Assembly: GCA_038230375.1 (NCBI GenBank)
Contig: JBBRNJ010000027.1
Span: 32,498-96,497 of the forward strand
DNA length: 64,000 bases
Direction: 5' to 3'
Source: Polyangiales bacterium
GTDB lineage: Bacteria > Myxococcota_A > Polyangia > Polyangiales > Polyangiaceae
Under the pieces are notes generated by a model that made no database searches, was not told where the DNA came from, and was given only the letters and a program-made list of their open reading frames with translations. Position 1 is the first letter of the stretch; each line of letters opens with the position of its first letter. Below are positions 1 through 8,793 of this stretch, in pieces. Made by a program: the position numbers and the translations under genes.

Positions 1-38
1 ACCGCGAGTTCGAGGCGCGCGTGGAGTACGAGGCGTGA
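1..38 (+). CDS. purM: 3' end of upstream gene, probably phosphoribosylformylglycinamidine cyclo-ligase (partial)
   Basis: Frame reads ...REFEARVEYEA-TGA, overlapping the purN GTG (GTGA). Identity inferred only from the usual purM-purN order. Confidence 0.45.
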   Translation, partial: REFEARVEYEA

Positions 39-661
39 AGGTTTCCGTCCTCGTCTCCGGCAGCGGGACGAACCTGCAGGCTCTCCTGGACGCGAAGGCG
101 CGCGGAGAGCTCGGACCCGCCACGCTGGACTCCGTCATCTCCAACGTGAAGGGCGCGTTCGCGCTCACCCGCGCGGAGAGCAGCGGCGTCTTCGCGCAGT
201 GCATCGAGCACAAGGCCTTCCCCGATCGCGCGTCGTTCGATCTTGCGTTGCTCGCGGCGCTGCGGGAGCGCGGGACGGAGCTCGTCGTCCTTGCCGGCTT
301 CATGCGGCTGCTCACGGCCACGGTGCTGGATGCGTTTCCGGATCGCGTCGTGAACGTTCATCCCGCGCTCTCCCCCGCGTTTCCGGGCGCGCACGCACTT
401 CGCGACGCGCTCGCGTACGGCGCGCGCATCACGGGCTGCACCGTGCACTTCGTGGATCAGGGCACCGACACCGGGCCGATCATCGCGCAGGAGTCCGTCC
501 CCATCCTCCCCACCGACGACGAGAAAGCGCTGCGCGCGCGCGTGCAGGAGAAGGAGCACGCGCTCTTCCCGCGCGTCATCCGCGCGATCGCCGAAGGTCG
601 CGTGACCGTCACCCGCGCGGGAGCCTTGCGCCCGCAGGTCCGCGTGGAGGAGCCGTCCTAG
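35..661 (+). CDS. purN: Phosphoribosylglycinamide formyltransferase
   Basis: SGSGTNLQAL, LAGFMR, NVHPAL, GCTVHFVDQGTDTGPII motifs. Confidence 0.97.
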   Translation: MKVSVLVSGSGTNLQALLDAKARGELGPATLDSVISNVKGAFALTRAESSGVFAQCIEHKAFPDRASFDLALLAALRERGTELVVLAGFMRLLTATVLDAFPDRVVNVHPALSPAFPGAHALRDALAYGARITGCTVHFVDQGTDTGPIIAQESVPILPTDDEKALRARVQEKEHALFPRVIRAIAEGRVTVTRAGALRPQVRVEEPS

Positions 662-2187
662 TGTCTCCAGTCTCCAAGCACTACGACGTGGCGGTGCTGG
701 GCGGAGGGATGGGCGCTCTTTGCGCCGCTGCGCTCCTGGCGCGTCGCTCCTGGCGCGTGCTGGTGCTGGGGCAGGGGTACCTGCCGCAACGCTACGAGGT
801 GTTCGGTCACGATCTCTGTCGGCGGCCCTTCACGCTGCTCGCGAACTCCTCACCAGCGTTCCTTCGCGTGCTCGTGGAGCTCGCGCAGTCGCAGACGTGG
901 CGCAGGCACGTCACGCCGTGCGATCCCATGCTTGCGGTGCTGGCGCCCACCTATCGCCTGGAGCTCCCGCCGCGACCCGAGGTGTTCGCGCGCGAGCTCG
1001 ATCGCGAGTTCCCCGACACGCGTCGCGTGATCGACGATCTCTACACGGAGCTGGGGCGCGTGAACGAGGTCGCCGACGCCGCGTTCGAGAAGGACGTCGT
1101 GCTTCCGCCCGGTAGCTTCTGGGAGCGCCGCGACGTCTCGCGCCTGGTCCAGAGCCTGCCGCACACGCAAGAGGGCGCGGAGCTCATGCCCGAGCTCGGC
1201 AAGGATCACCCCTACCGCGACGTGGTCAAGGTCACGTCCGAGCACGCCTCCAACCTGGACGGGCCGCTGCCCGCATTCGCCACGGCGCGCTTGCATGGCG
1301 CCTGGACGCGGGGAGTGTCGCGCCTCACCACCGGCGAGGACGAGCTCTGCGAGTTCTTCCTGGCACGCGTGCGCGCCCACGGCGGCGACACCAAGATGAG
1401 TGATCGGGCTGCCGCGATCGTGCAGAAGAGCGGCAAGGTGCGCGGCGTGCGCGTGGACGGCGCCGACGAGGTGTTCGGCGTGCAGTTCGTGGTGTCCGGC
1501 CGCGGCGGTGACGAGCTCACGGAGCTCGCGGAGGGCTTCTCACCGTCGCGTCGCCACCTGGAGACCGCGTCCAAGGTCGTGCCGACCGCGCAGCGCTTCG
1601 TGGTGTCGCTGGTGGTGAAGGACACGGGCATCCCCGAGCTGCTCCCCCACGACTCGTTCCTCTTCCCGCGGGAGAAGGACGTCTTGCCCGTGGTGCATCT
1701 GCAGAGCATGTCGGGGCGCGTGCCGGAGACCACGCTGCTCGTCGCAGAGGCTATTTTCCCGCACGGAAAGGATCTCTCGCGTGCCCGCGAGGCCGTGCTC
1801 TGCACGCTGGAGCAACATCTACCGTTCCTGACGCCACACGTCGTGCTCTGCGATTCACCTCACGATGGTCGACCGCTCTGGGATCTTCGCTCTGGCACGC
1901 GCGTGGACGTCGACCGCGCCCGGCTTCGTGCTGGCGGCGCACAGAGCGAGGCTGAGCCGCTCACACCGCTCTATCGCGTGGACCCACCGCAGTTCATGGG
2001 TCTTGGCGGGGAGCCCATCCGCGCGCCACTGACGAACGGCTTCGTCACGGGGCCCACCGTGCTCCCGGCGCTGGGTCAGGAGGGCGAGGTGATCGCCGCC
2101 TGGAGCGCCGCCCGCGTGATCACCCGCACGGATCGACGCAAGGAGAAGATGCGCCGCGACATGTGGAGCAAGGTGGAGCTCGCATGA
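661..2187 (+). CDS. FAD/NAD(P)-dependent oxidoreductase, phytoene desaturase-like
   Basis: N-terminal YDVAVLGGGMGALCAAALLA Rossmann motif; GTG start abuts the purN stop; the ORF-track extension to 199 overlaps purN. Confidence 0.75.
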   Translation: MSPVSKHYDVAVLGGGMGALCAAALLARRSWRVLVLGQGYLPQRYEVFGHDLCRRPFTLLANSSPAFLRVLVELAQSQTWRRHVTPCDPMLAVLAPTYRLELPPRPEVFARELDREFPDTRRVIDDLYTELGRVNEVADAAFEKDVVLPPGSFWERRDVSRLVQSLPHTQEGAELMPELGKDHPYRDVVKVTSEHASNLDGPLPAFATARLHGAWTRGVSRLTTGEDELCEFFLARVRAHGGDTKMSDRAAAIVQKSGKVRGVRVDGADEVFGVQFVVSGRGGDELTELAEGFSPSRRHLETASKVVPTAQRFVVSLVVKDTGIPELLPHDSFLFPREKDVLPVVHLQSMSGRVPETTLLVAEAIFPHGKDLSRAREAVLCTLEQHLPFLTPHVVLCDSPHDGRPLWDLRSGTRVDVDRARLRAGGAQSEAEPLTPLYRVDPPQFMGLGGEPIRAPLTNGFVTGPTVLPALGQEGEVIAAWSAARVITRTDRRKEKMRRDMWSKVELA

Positions 2188-2636
2188 GAATCAATGCATC
2201 ATGCATGCTTCCGCGGGCCGCGCTGTTCTTCGTGCTCGCGGTGGGGCTCGTGTCGATCGCCGGCTGCAAGGATCCCGCGCGCGACGAGACACGCTCGCTC
2301 GTGGACGCGGTGACTCGCTTTCGCCTGGCGGGTGACGGTGAGAAGCGCGCGCGCATAGGCGACATCCAGCACGTGGCCTGCACCGCAAAGGACGTCTGCG
2401 ACACCCGCGATACTTGCCTCGTGATGGCGGAGGAGCTGGACCACTCGCTCGCGCTTCGCGTCCAGGTCAATGAGGGTCTGAAGCAGCTGAAGGACGGAAC
2501 GCTCGCCAAGGAGGAACCGCGGGCGCAGGCGCTGCTCGGCGTCCTGGAAGAGTCGAAGGCCTCGCTCGAGAAGTCCCACGTGCTGGAGCGGTCGTGTGAC
2601 GACCAGCTCGCCGAGATCACGGGCCGCCATCGGTGA
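2184..2636 (+). CDS. Helical lipoprotein, unknown function
   Basis: ATGA overlap with the previous stop; hydrophobic signal ending IAG-C. Confidence 0.7.
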   Translation: MRINASCMLPRAALFFVLAVGLVSIAGCKDPARDETRSLVDAVTRFRLAGDGEKRARIGDIQHVACTAKDVCDTRDTCLVMAEELDHSLALRVQVNEGLKQLKDGTLAKEEPRAQALLGVLEESKASLEKSHVLERSCDDQLAEITGRHR

Positions 2637-3681
2637 GTGGGTCGGGGTCCGTCCACTCCAGGAAGGTCTCGCTGCCGATCCACAGATCGTCGCCGCTGCT
2701 CCAGAGCGCCTGATACGTGCCGGCGCCCTTGTCGCGCGTGTTCGTCCACGTGCCGTTGGTGCGCACGTAGAGATCGCCGTCGCGCCCGCCCACGTACAGC
2801 GTGCCGTGGCTGTCGCCCGTCACGGCCGCGGCGTTGCCGTCCAGCTGGGGGATGTCGACCGTCTCCCACTGGCCGTCACCGGCGGAGTGATAGAGAAAGT
2901 GCGAGACGGCATACACGTCCTTCGGTCCGAAGCCGAAGATGGAGCTGATGCCGCCCTTCGCGGGGACCCGCTGCGTGCTCCATGTGTCGCTTCCATCGGA
3001 GTGGTATACGACTCCATCGGCGCCCTGACCGCCCGCGTAGACATCGCCCGGACCGCTGCCCCAGATCGCGAGAAGGATGACGTTGTGTGCGCCACCGTCG
3101 GCGCTGCTCACGTTGCTCTTGCGCCATGCGCCGTCGCCCCGGGACCGCATCACCTCGCCATCCGCGCCGACCTCGTACACGTCCTTCGAGCCGGAGCCCC
3201 AGATCGCGAACGTCGCGCCGTGCGAGCCCGAGGCCTCGTGCGTCCACATGGCGAGTCCCTTGCGATGGTAGACGCCCATGTTGCCGCACGCGTACACGTC
3301 ATGCGTGCCCGAGCCCCAGACTCCGCGCAGGCGTCGGTCGCGCAGCTCCTCGTGGGTCCACACGCCGTCGCCCTTGGAGTGGAGCAGGCCGCGGCCGGGA
3401 TCGTCCCACGCCGCGGCGTAGACATCCGTCGGACCCGTGCCCCAGATCGCGTGCACGGGATCCAGCTCGCCCTTGCCTCCTGCTTCGACAGTGCGCGGAC
3501 CACCAGCCTTCATGCGGCGGACGCCTCCCTTGACCTCCGCGTGCGTCTTCCCGGTGCGCGCGGACTTCGGGTTTGCGCTCGCGCTCGGAGCGGGATCGGT
3601 CGTCGTGGTGGAAGACGACGATCGCGCGCAGCCTGCGACGAGGGGCGTGACGAGCACGAGCGCGATGCACCTGGCGAACAT
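2617..3681 (-). CDS. Lipoprotein with WGS(G) repeats, probable beta-propeller
   Basis: Signal ending VAG-C; repeated (I/V)WG(S/T)GxxDVYAxG units. Confidence 0.75.
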   Translation of the reverse strand: MFARCIALVLVTPLVAGCARSSSSTTTTDPAPSASANPKSARTGKTHAEVKGGVRRMKAGGPRTVEAGGKGELDPVHAIWGTGPTDVYAAAWDDPGRGLLHSKGDGVWTHEELRDRRLRGVWGSGTHDVYACGNMGVYHRKGLAMWTHEASGSHGATFAIWGSGSKDVYEVGADGEVMRSRGDGAWRKSNVSSADGGAHNVILLAIWGSGPGDVYAGGQGADGVVYHSDGSDTWSTQRVPAKGGISSIFGFGPKDVYAVSHFLYHSAGDGQWETVDIPQLDGNAAAVTGDSHGTLYVGGRDGDLYVRTNGTWTNTRDKGAGTYQALWSSGDDLWIGSETFLEWTDPDPLTDGGP

Positions 3682-3788
3682 CGCGCATTGTCGAACGCTC
3701 ACTGGTGGGCAGTCGAGAGCGGACGAATTTGTATACAATCGACCGACACACGCTTGCATTGTCCCACATTGGCGCTATCAGGTTCGTC

Positions 3789-4715
3789 ATGCATCGCGTC
3801 AAAACATACATCGCAGTGATTTCAACTGTTTGCATGGCATCGGTTGCCGGTTGCGCCGTCGAGAACGGTGAAGAGGCTTCTGCGGATGAGGCGGATCTGA
3901 CCTCGACCGTCCACGTTCCCGCCAGCGGCGGTGCGGACTTCTCGCTCACCGCGAAGACGACTGCGGACCTCACCATCACTGTCGATTGCCACCCGTCGTC
4001 GGACCCCGACGATGCGGGCGCCGCGATCAAGCTCTCGTCCTCCACGTTGCACATCTCGCAGCCGTCCCGCGCGGGCTACTTCCAGTGGACGGGCTCGGTG
4101 CCCGCGGGCACGCACAAGCTCACGCTCACCGGCCAGGGCCAGGCGACCACCTGCAGCGTGAAGTCCGCCGCCGTCTCCTCCAGCGCGACCTGCCGCGCGT
4201 GGACCGCATGGCATTCGGAGAACACGAACCACACGCACATCCGCGTCGGCGCGGACGCGTCGGCTGACTGGGAGGCGCTCCCGTGCTCCGGCAATCACTG
4301 GGGCGCATGGGCCGCGTGGAGCAAGGTCTACGACAAGCCCGTGCACCATGGCTTCATGCTCCACAACATGGAGCACGGCGGAGTCGTGTTCTCGTACAAG
4401 TGCGCGTCGGCCACGGCGAGCGCCGCGTGCAAGAGCGCGCACGATGAGCTCGTCGCGCTCGCGCAGAGCCTTGGACAGCAGCGCATCATCGTCACGCCGG
4501 ACCCGACGCAGCCCACGATGTTCGCCGTGCGCGCCTGGCGCTACGCATACAGCGCCGACTGCCTCGACCACGCCAGCGCGCTCGCGTTCGCGAAGGCGCA
4601 CATCCGTCACGGTCGCGAGGACGAGGCGTCTGACCCGCCGATCCCGTTCGACCCCACCACCACGAACGTGCCCTGCCAGGACCTGATGGCCGCGCCGGAC
4701 TCCTGCCAGCGCTGA
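3789..4715 (+). CDS. DUF3105-type lipoprotein
   Basis: Signal ending VAG-C; PCSGNHW...HNMEHGGVVFSY motif typical of DUF3105. Confidence 0.75.
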   Translation: MHRVKTYIAVISTVCMASVAGCAVENGEEASADEADLTSTVHVPASGGADFSLTAKTTADLTITVDCHPSSDPDDAGAAIKLSSSTLHISQPSRAGYFQWTGSVPAGTHKLTLTGQGQATTCSVKSAAVSSSATCRAWTAWHSENTNHTHIRVGADASADWEALPCSGNHWGAWAAWSKVYDKPVHHGFMLHNMEHGGVVFSYKCASATASAACKSAHDELVALAQSLGQQRIIVTPDPTQPTMFAVRAWRYAYSADCLDHASALAFAKAHIRHGREDEASDPPIPFDPTTTNVPCQDLMAAPDSCQR

Positions 4716-4730
4716 CGCTCTCTCACCGGC

Positions 4731-5462
4731 TCACGGGAACGACGCGTGCGGAAGCCCCCCGTCGATGGCGAGCACGCTGCCCGTGACGAAGCTGGTCGAG
4801 ACCAGGAACAGCACCGCGTTTGCGATGTCGTCCGGGGTGCCCACGCGCCCCGCCGGCAGCGCCTTCGCCGCAGCGCCGAAGATCTGTTCGAGCTGCGCCT
4901 CCGGCACGCCGGTCCAGTAGGTCGTGCGCAGCGTGCCGGGCGAGATCGAGTTCACACGCGTGGGCGCGAGCTCCAGCGCGAGGGTGGGGACGATCGCGTC
5001 GAGCGCGCCGTTCACTGCGGCGATGTTCGTCATTCCCTTCAGCGCGCGGCGGTTCGCGCCGCCCGAGAAGAACGTGACCGAGCCGCCGGGACGGAGGTGA
5101 CGCGCACCGGCCTGCGCCACGCTCACCTGCACCCAGAACTTCCCGTCGAAGGTGTCGCGGAAGGTCTTGTCGGTGATGTCGTGGAGGAAGCTCCCGCCGC
5201 GGTTGGTCTGGCCCGCGGTGATCACGAGATGATCGAACGCGCCCACCTCCTTGAAGAACGCCGTAACGGCAGCAAGGTCCTTCCCATCGACGGCGCGCGT
5301 GGTGATCCGGCCGTTCGACTCCTTCTTCACGGCGTCGAGCTTCTCCACGTCGCGCCCGGCGATGATCACGTCCGCGCCTTCCTTTGCGAGCCGCTTCGCT
5401 GCCGCGAGCCCCGCGCCAGAGCCGCCGCCGAACACCACGGCGCGCTGTCCGTCGAGCGTCAT
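4731..5462 (-). CDS. Short-chain dehydrogenase/reductase
   Basis: GGGSGAG, RVNSISPG, FVTGSVLAIDGG; ATGA-coupled to the upstream gene. Confidence 0.9.
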   Translation of the reverse strand: MTLDGQRAVVFGGGSGAGLAAAKRLAKEGADVIIAGRDVEKLDAVKKESNGRITTRAVDGKDLAAVTAFFKEVGAFDHLVITAGQTNRGGSFLHDITDKTFRDTFDGKFWVQVSVAQAGARHLRPGGSVTFFSGGANRRALKGMTNIAAVNGALDAIVPTLALELAPTRVNSISPGTLRTTYWTGVPEAQLEQIFGAAAKALPAGRVGTPDDIANAVLFLVSTSFVTGSVLAIDGGLPHASFP

Positions 5463-6100
5463 GACGGCCTCTGCATGATGAACGTGAAGTCGCGTCCCTG
5501 ACCTCCCACCATCGCAAGATGGATCCACAGGATGGCGAGGTTCTCGACCACAGAGGCATTGCGAAGCGGTCCCGCGTCAACGGCGCGGAAGCCGGACTTC
5601 TCCGCGACCTCGGCAAGGAGCTTCTTTGCGTCCGCGTGATCGGACGCCAGGTAGACCTGCGCGGGCACGCCCGCCTGGCCCGGGTTCTTGTGGAACTCCG
5701 CACCAAACGTGTTCCAGCCCTTCACCACCTTCGCGCCGGGTGCGACCGCGGCGATGGCCGCCGCAAGAGACCCCTCCGCCGGTGGGCTCCACACGGGGCC
5801 TTCCTTCCACACCAGCGGATTGTTGCAGTCTACAACTACCTTCCCGACCAGCGTGGACGCGAGCGACTTCGCCACTTCCAGCGCGACGGAGCCGGGCACC
5901 GCCAGAAACACCACGTCTGCCCAGGTAGCTGCCTCCGTGACGTCGATGGCCGCGGCGTCCTTTCCGCACGACTCGAGGAGTGCCTTCGTGTCCGTCCCCG
6001 CGCGCACGCCGAAGCGAACCGGGAACCCCGCACGGGACATCGTCGCGCCCAGCCCTCCGCCAACGTTTCCTGCACCGATGATTGCGATCTTGGTGGTCAT
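5459..6100 (-). CDS. NADPH-dependent F420 reductase-like oxidoreductase (F420_oxidored)
   Basis: KIAIIGAGNVG, VVVDCNNP, VVKGWNT, DAGPL; AGGAG ribosome-binding site upstream. Confidence 0.88.
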   Translation of the reverse strand: MTTKIAIIGAGNVGGGLGATMSRAGFPVRFGVRAGTDTKALLESCGKDAAAIDVTEAATWADVVFLAVPGSVALEVAKSLASTLVGKVVVDCNNPLVWKEGPVWSPPAEGSLAAAIAAVAPGAKVVKGWNTFGAEFHKNPGQAGVPAQVYLASDHADAKKLLAEVAEKSGFRAVDAGPLRNASVVENLAILWIHLAMVGGQGRDFTFIMQRPS

Positions 6101-6168
6101 GTCGTGCTCCTGTCCGACCACCGTACGTCGTATCGGGCCTGGCGCCATGGCTGCGAGATTGGACGTTA

Positions 6169-6186
6169 TGTCCCATTCATGGGACA
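6169..6186. promoter_or_regulatory. Inverted repeat TGTCCCAT-TC-ATGGGACA, probable LysR autoregulatory operator
   Basis: Perfect 8-bp arms between the divergent LysR and reductase genes. Confidence 0.6.
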
Positions 6187-6193
6187 GTGCTTC

Positions 6194-7099
6194 ATGGCCT
6201 CCGCGGAGCCGGTCGACCCCCAGGGCATGCTCGTGTTCGCGGCCCTGTCGCGTGCGCGTGGCGTGCGTGGCGCTGCCGCGTTGCTGGGCGTGCCGCGGTC
6301 GACCGTCAGCCGGCGCCTGGCGATGCTCGAGGCCTCCGTGGGCGCGCCGCTCGTCACGCGGACCAACCGTCGCTTCGAGCTGACGGAGCTGGGCGTCGCG
6401 TTCGCTTTGCGCTGCGAGCGCCTCGAGGAGCTGATGCGCGAGTCGGAGGAGCTGGTGAGCCGAGCGTCGGCGGAGCCCTCCGGGAAGCTGCGGATCGATG
6501 CGGGTCCGGTCGTCGGCGAAGAGGTGCTCCCGGAGATCGTCGGCGAGATGGTCCGCAGGTACCCGCGCCTCTCGGTCGAGGTGAAGATGTCTGCAGACTA
6601 CAGCGATCTGCGGCGCGGCACAGTCGACGTCGCCCTGCGCGCGTGGCCGCTCGCCGACGCCTCCGATCTCTACGCGGTGCGCGTGGGCACTTCCGTCACC
6701 GGCTGCTATCTGAGCCCCGCATACGCCGCGGCGCATGGAGTCCCCGAGGAGCCCGCGGATCTCACGGCGCACGAGTGCATCGTCGTCGGCAGCGCGACCC
6801 CTCCACGCTGGACGTTCCGGCGCGGCGGTCGCGAAGAGCGTGTCCTGGTCTCCGGGCGCGTGCGCGTCGACAGCTTTCGCCTCGGCCGCGCGCTCGCGGC
6901 GAACGGAGCGGGGATCATCAGGCTCGCCCGCGTGTTCGCGGAGCCGCTCGTGCGCACGGGCGAGCTCGTCCCGGTGCTCGAGCGCTACTGGCCGGAGACC
7001 CCGGTGCATGTCGTCCACACGGGCGCGACCCCGCCGCCGCCGAAGGTGCGCGTGTTCATCGATCTGGCGCGCACGGCCGTGGCGAAGTTGCTCGCCTGA
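6194..7099 (+). CDS. LysR-family transcriptional regulator (CrgA-like)
   Basis: AAALLGVPRSTVSRRLAMLE helix-turn-helix, RTNRRFELTELG, PPKVRVFID. Alternative start at 6179. Confidence 0.93.
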   Translation: MASAEPVDPQGMLVFAALSRARGVRGAAALLGVPRSTVSRRLAMLEASVGAPLVTRTNRRFELTELGVAFALRCERLEELMRESEELVSRASAEPSGKLRIDAGPVVGEEVLPEIVGEMVRRYPRLSVEVKMSADYSDLRRGTVDVALRAWPLADASDLYAVRVGTSVTGCYLSPAYAAAHGVPEEPADLTAHECIVVGSATPPRWTFRRGGREERVLVSGRVRVDSFRLGRALAANGAGIIRLARVFAEPLVRTGELVPVLERYWPETPVHVVHTGATPPPPKVRVFIDLARTAVAKLLA

Positions 7100-7154
7100 G
7101 CTCCGTTTCGGTCCGCCTTTGCCCCGGGGCCCACGTGTAGTAGGACCGCCCTCG

Positions 7155-8792
7155 ATGTTCGACGCAATTGCCAAGGGCTTTCGCCAGGCCAAGAACCGGC
7201 TCGCAGGCCTCACCGAGCTCACCGAAGCCAACATAGAGACCGCGCTACGAGAGGTGCGCCTGTCGCTGCTCGAGGCCGACGTCGAGCTCGGCGTCGTGAA
7301 GACGTTCCTCGCGCGCGTGAAGGAGCAGGCCCTCGGCGAGGTCGTCAAGATCAAGGCGAAGACGCAGTCCGGCGACATGATGAAGGTCTCCGCGGGGGAC
7401 CAGTTCACCAAGATCTGCCACGACGAGCTCATCGCGTTCATGACGGCGGAGGGACCCCCCCTCACGTTCGCGGAGAAGGGCCCGAGCGGCATCATGATGG
7501 TCGGCCTGCAGGGCTCCGGCAAGACCACCAGCACCGCGAAGCTCGCGCGCTACCTCACCAAGGAGCAGAAGAAGAAGGTCCTGCTCGTCGCGGCCGACAT
7601 GCAGCGTCCCGCCGCCGTCGAGCAGCTCCAGGTGCTCGGCAAGGGCATCGACATTCCCGTCTTCAACATCCCGGGCGCAACGCCGCTCGAGATCTGCAAG
7701 AAGGCACTCGAGAAGGCGAAGGGCGAGAAGTTCGACGTCGTCATCTACGACACCGCCGGTCGTCTCGCGATCGACTCGGCGCTCATGCAGGAGCTCTCGG
7801 ACATCAAGCGTGACGTGACGCCGGAGAACATCCTGCTCGTCGTCGACGCGATGATCGGCCAGGACTCGGTCAAGGTCTCGAAGGGCTTCAACGACACGCT
7901 GAACCTCACGGGCGTCGTGCTCACCAAGCTCGACGGCGACGCGCGCGGCGGCGCTGCGCTCAGCATCAAGGAAGTGACCGGCGCGCCGGTCCGCTTCGTC
8001 GGCATGGGCGAGGGCACCGACAAGTTCGAGGAGTTCCGGCCCGAGGGCATGGCCACGCGCGTGCTCGGCATGGGCGACGTGGTCGGCCTCATGAAGGACT
8101 TCCAGGACGTCGTCGACGAGAAGAAGGCCGCGGCGGACGCGCAGAAGATGCTCGAGGGCAACTTCACCCTCGACGACTTCCTGGAGCAGGTGCGCACCAT
8201 CCAGAAGATGGGCAGCCTGAAGGACATCCTGGGCAAGATGCCCGGCATGGATCAGATGATCCCGGCGGGCGTGACCATCGACGATCGCGATCTCGTGAAG
8301 ATCGAGGCGATGATCTCCAGCTTCACGCGCTTCGAGCGCCAGGATCCGTACGCGCTCATCCGCGAGCCGTCACGCGTCACGCGCATCGCGAAGGGCGCGG
8401 GCACACCGGAGCAGGGCGTCACGGAGCTCGTGCAGCGCTTCCTCTTCATGCGACAGATGATGGAAGGCATGGGCCAGAACGCCGGCCTCATGGGACGCAT
8501 CCCGGGCATGAAGCAGCTCGGCATGATGAAGAACATGAAGAAGCAGATGAAGCAGATGCAGCAGGGCATGGGAGGAATGCCCGGCGGCATGGGCGGCTTC
8601 CCCGGCATGGGCGGCTTCCCGGGAATGCCAGGCATGGGGATGCCCGGTATGGGTATGCCCGGCATGGGCGGCTTCGGCATGGACAGCGGCGAGAGCATGA
8701 CCAAGATGAAGACGCTCAGCGCCACCGAGAAGAACGCCAAGAAGGCGCAGCGCAAGCAACAGAAGGACGCGCGAAAGAAGTCCCGCCGCTAG
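7155..8792 (+). CDS. ffh: Signal recognition particle protein
   Basis: GLQGSGKTT, DTAGR, TKLDGDARGGAALS, M domain; Gly/Met/Pro-rich tail. Confidence 0.98.
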   Translation: MFDAIAKGFRQAKNRLAGLTELTEANIETALREVRLSLLEADVELGVVKTFLARVKEQALGEVVKIKAKTQSGDMMKVSAGDQFTKICHDELIAFMTAEGPPLTFAEKGPSGIMMVGLQGSGKTTSTAKLARYLTKEQKKKVLLVAADMQRPAAVEQLQVLGKGIDIPVFNIPGATPLEICKKALEKAKGEKFDVVIYDTAGRLAIDSALMQELSDIKRDVTPENILLVVDAMIGQDSVKVSKGFNDTLNLTGVVLTKLDGDARGGAALSIKEVTGAPVRFVGMGEGTDKFEEFRPEGMATRVLGMGDVVGLMKDFQDVVDEKKAAADAQKMLEGNFTLDDFLEQVRTIQKMGSLKDILGKMPGMDQMIPAGVTIDDRDLVKIEAMISSFTRFERQDPYALIREPSRVTRIAKGAGTPEQGVTELVQRFLFMRQMMEGMGQNAGLMGRIPGMKQLGMMKNMKKQMKQMQQGMGGMPGGMGGFPGMGGFPGMPGMGMPGMGMPGMGGFGMDSGESMTKMKTLSATEKNAKKAQRKQQKDARKKSRR

Positions 8793-8793
8793 C

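Noticed and set aside
199..660. N-terminal extensions and long shadow ORFs (e.g. 199..2187, 5459..7534, 5519..7099, 6735..8792, 2596..3819)
   Set aside because: They overlap well-supported genes and are Arg/Ala/Pro-rich, as expected for stop-poor alternative frames in high-GC DNA.
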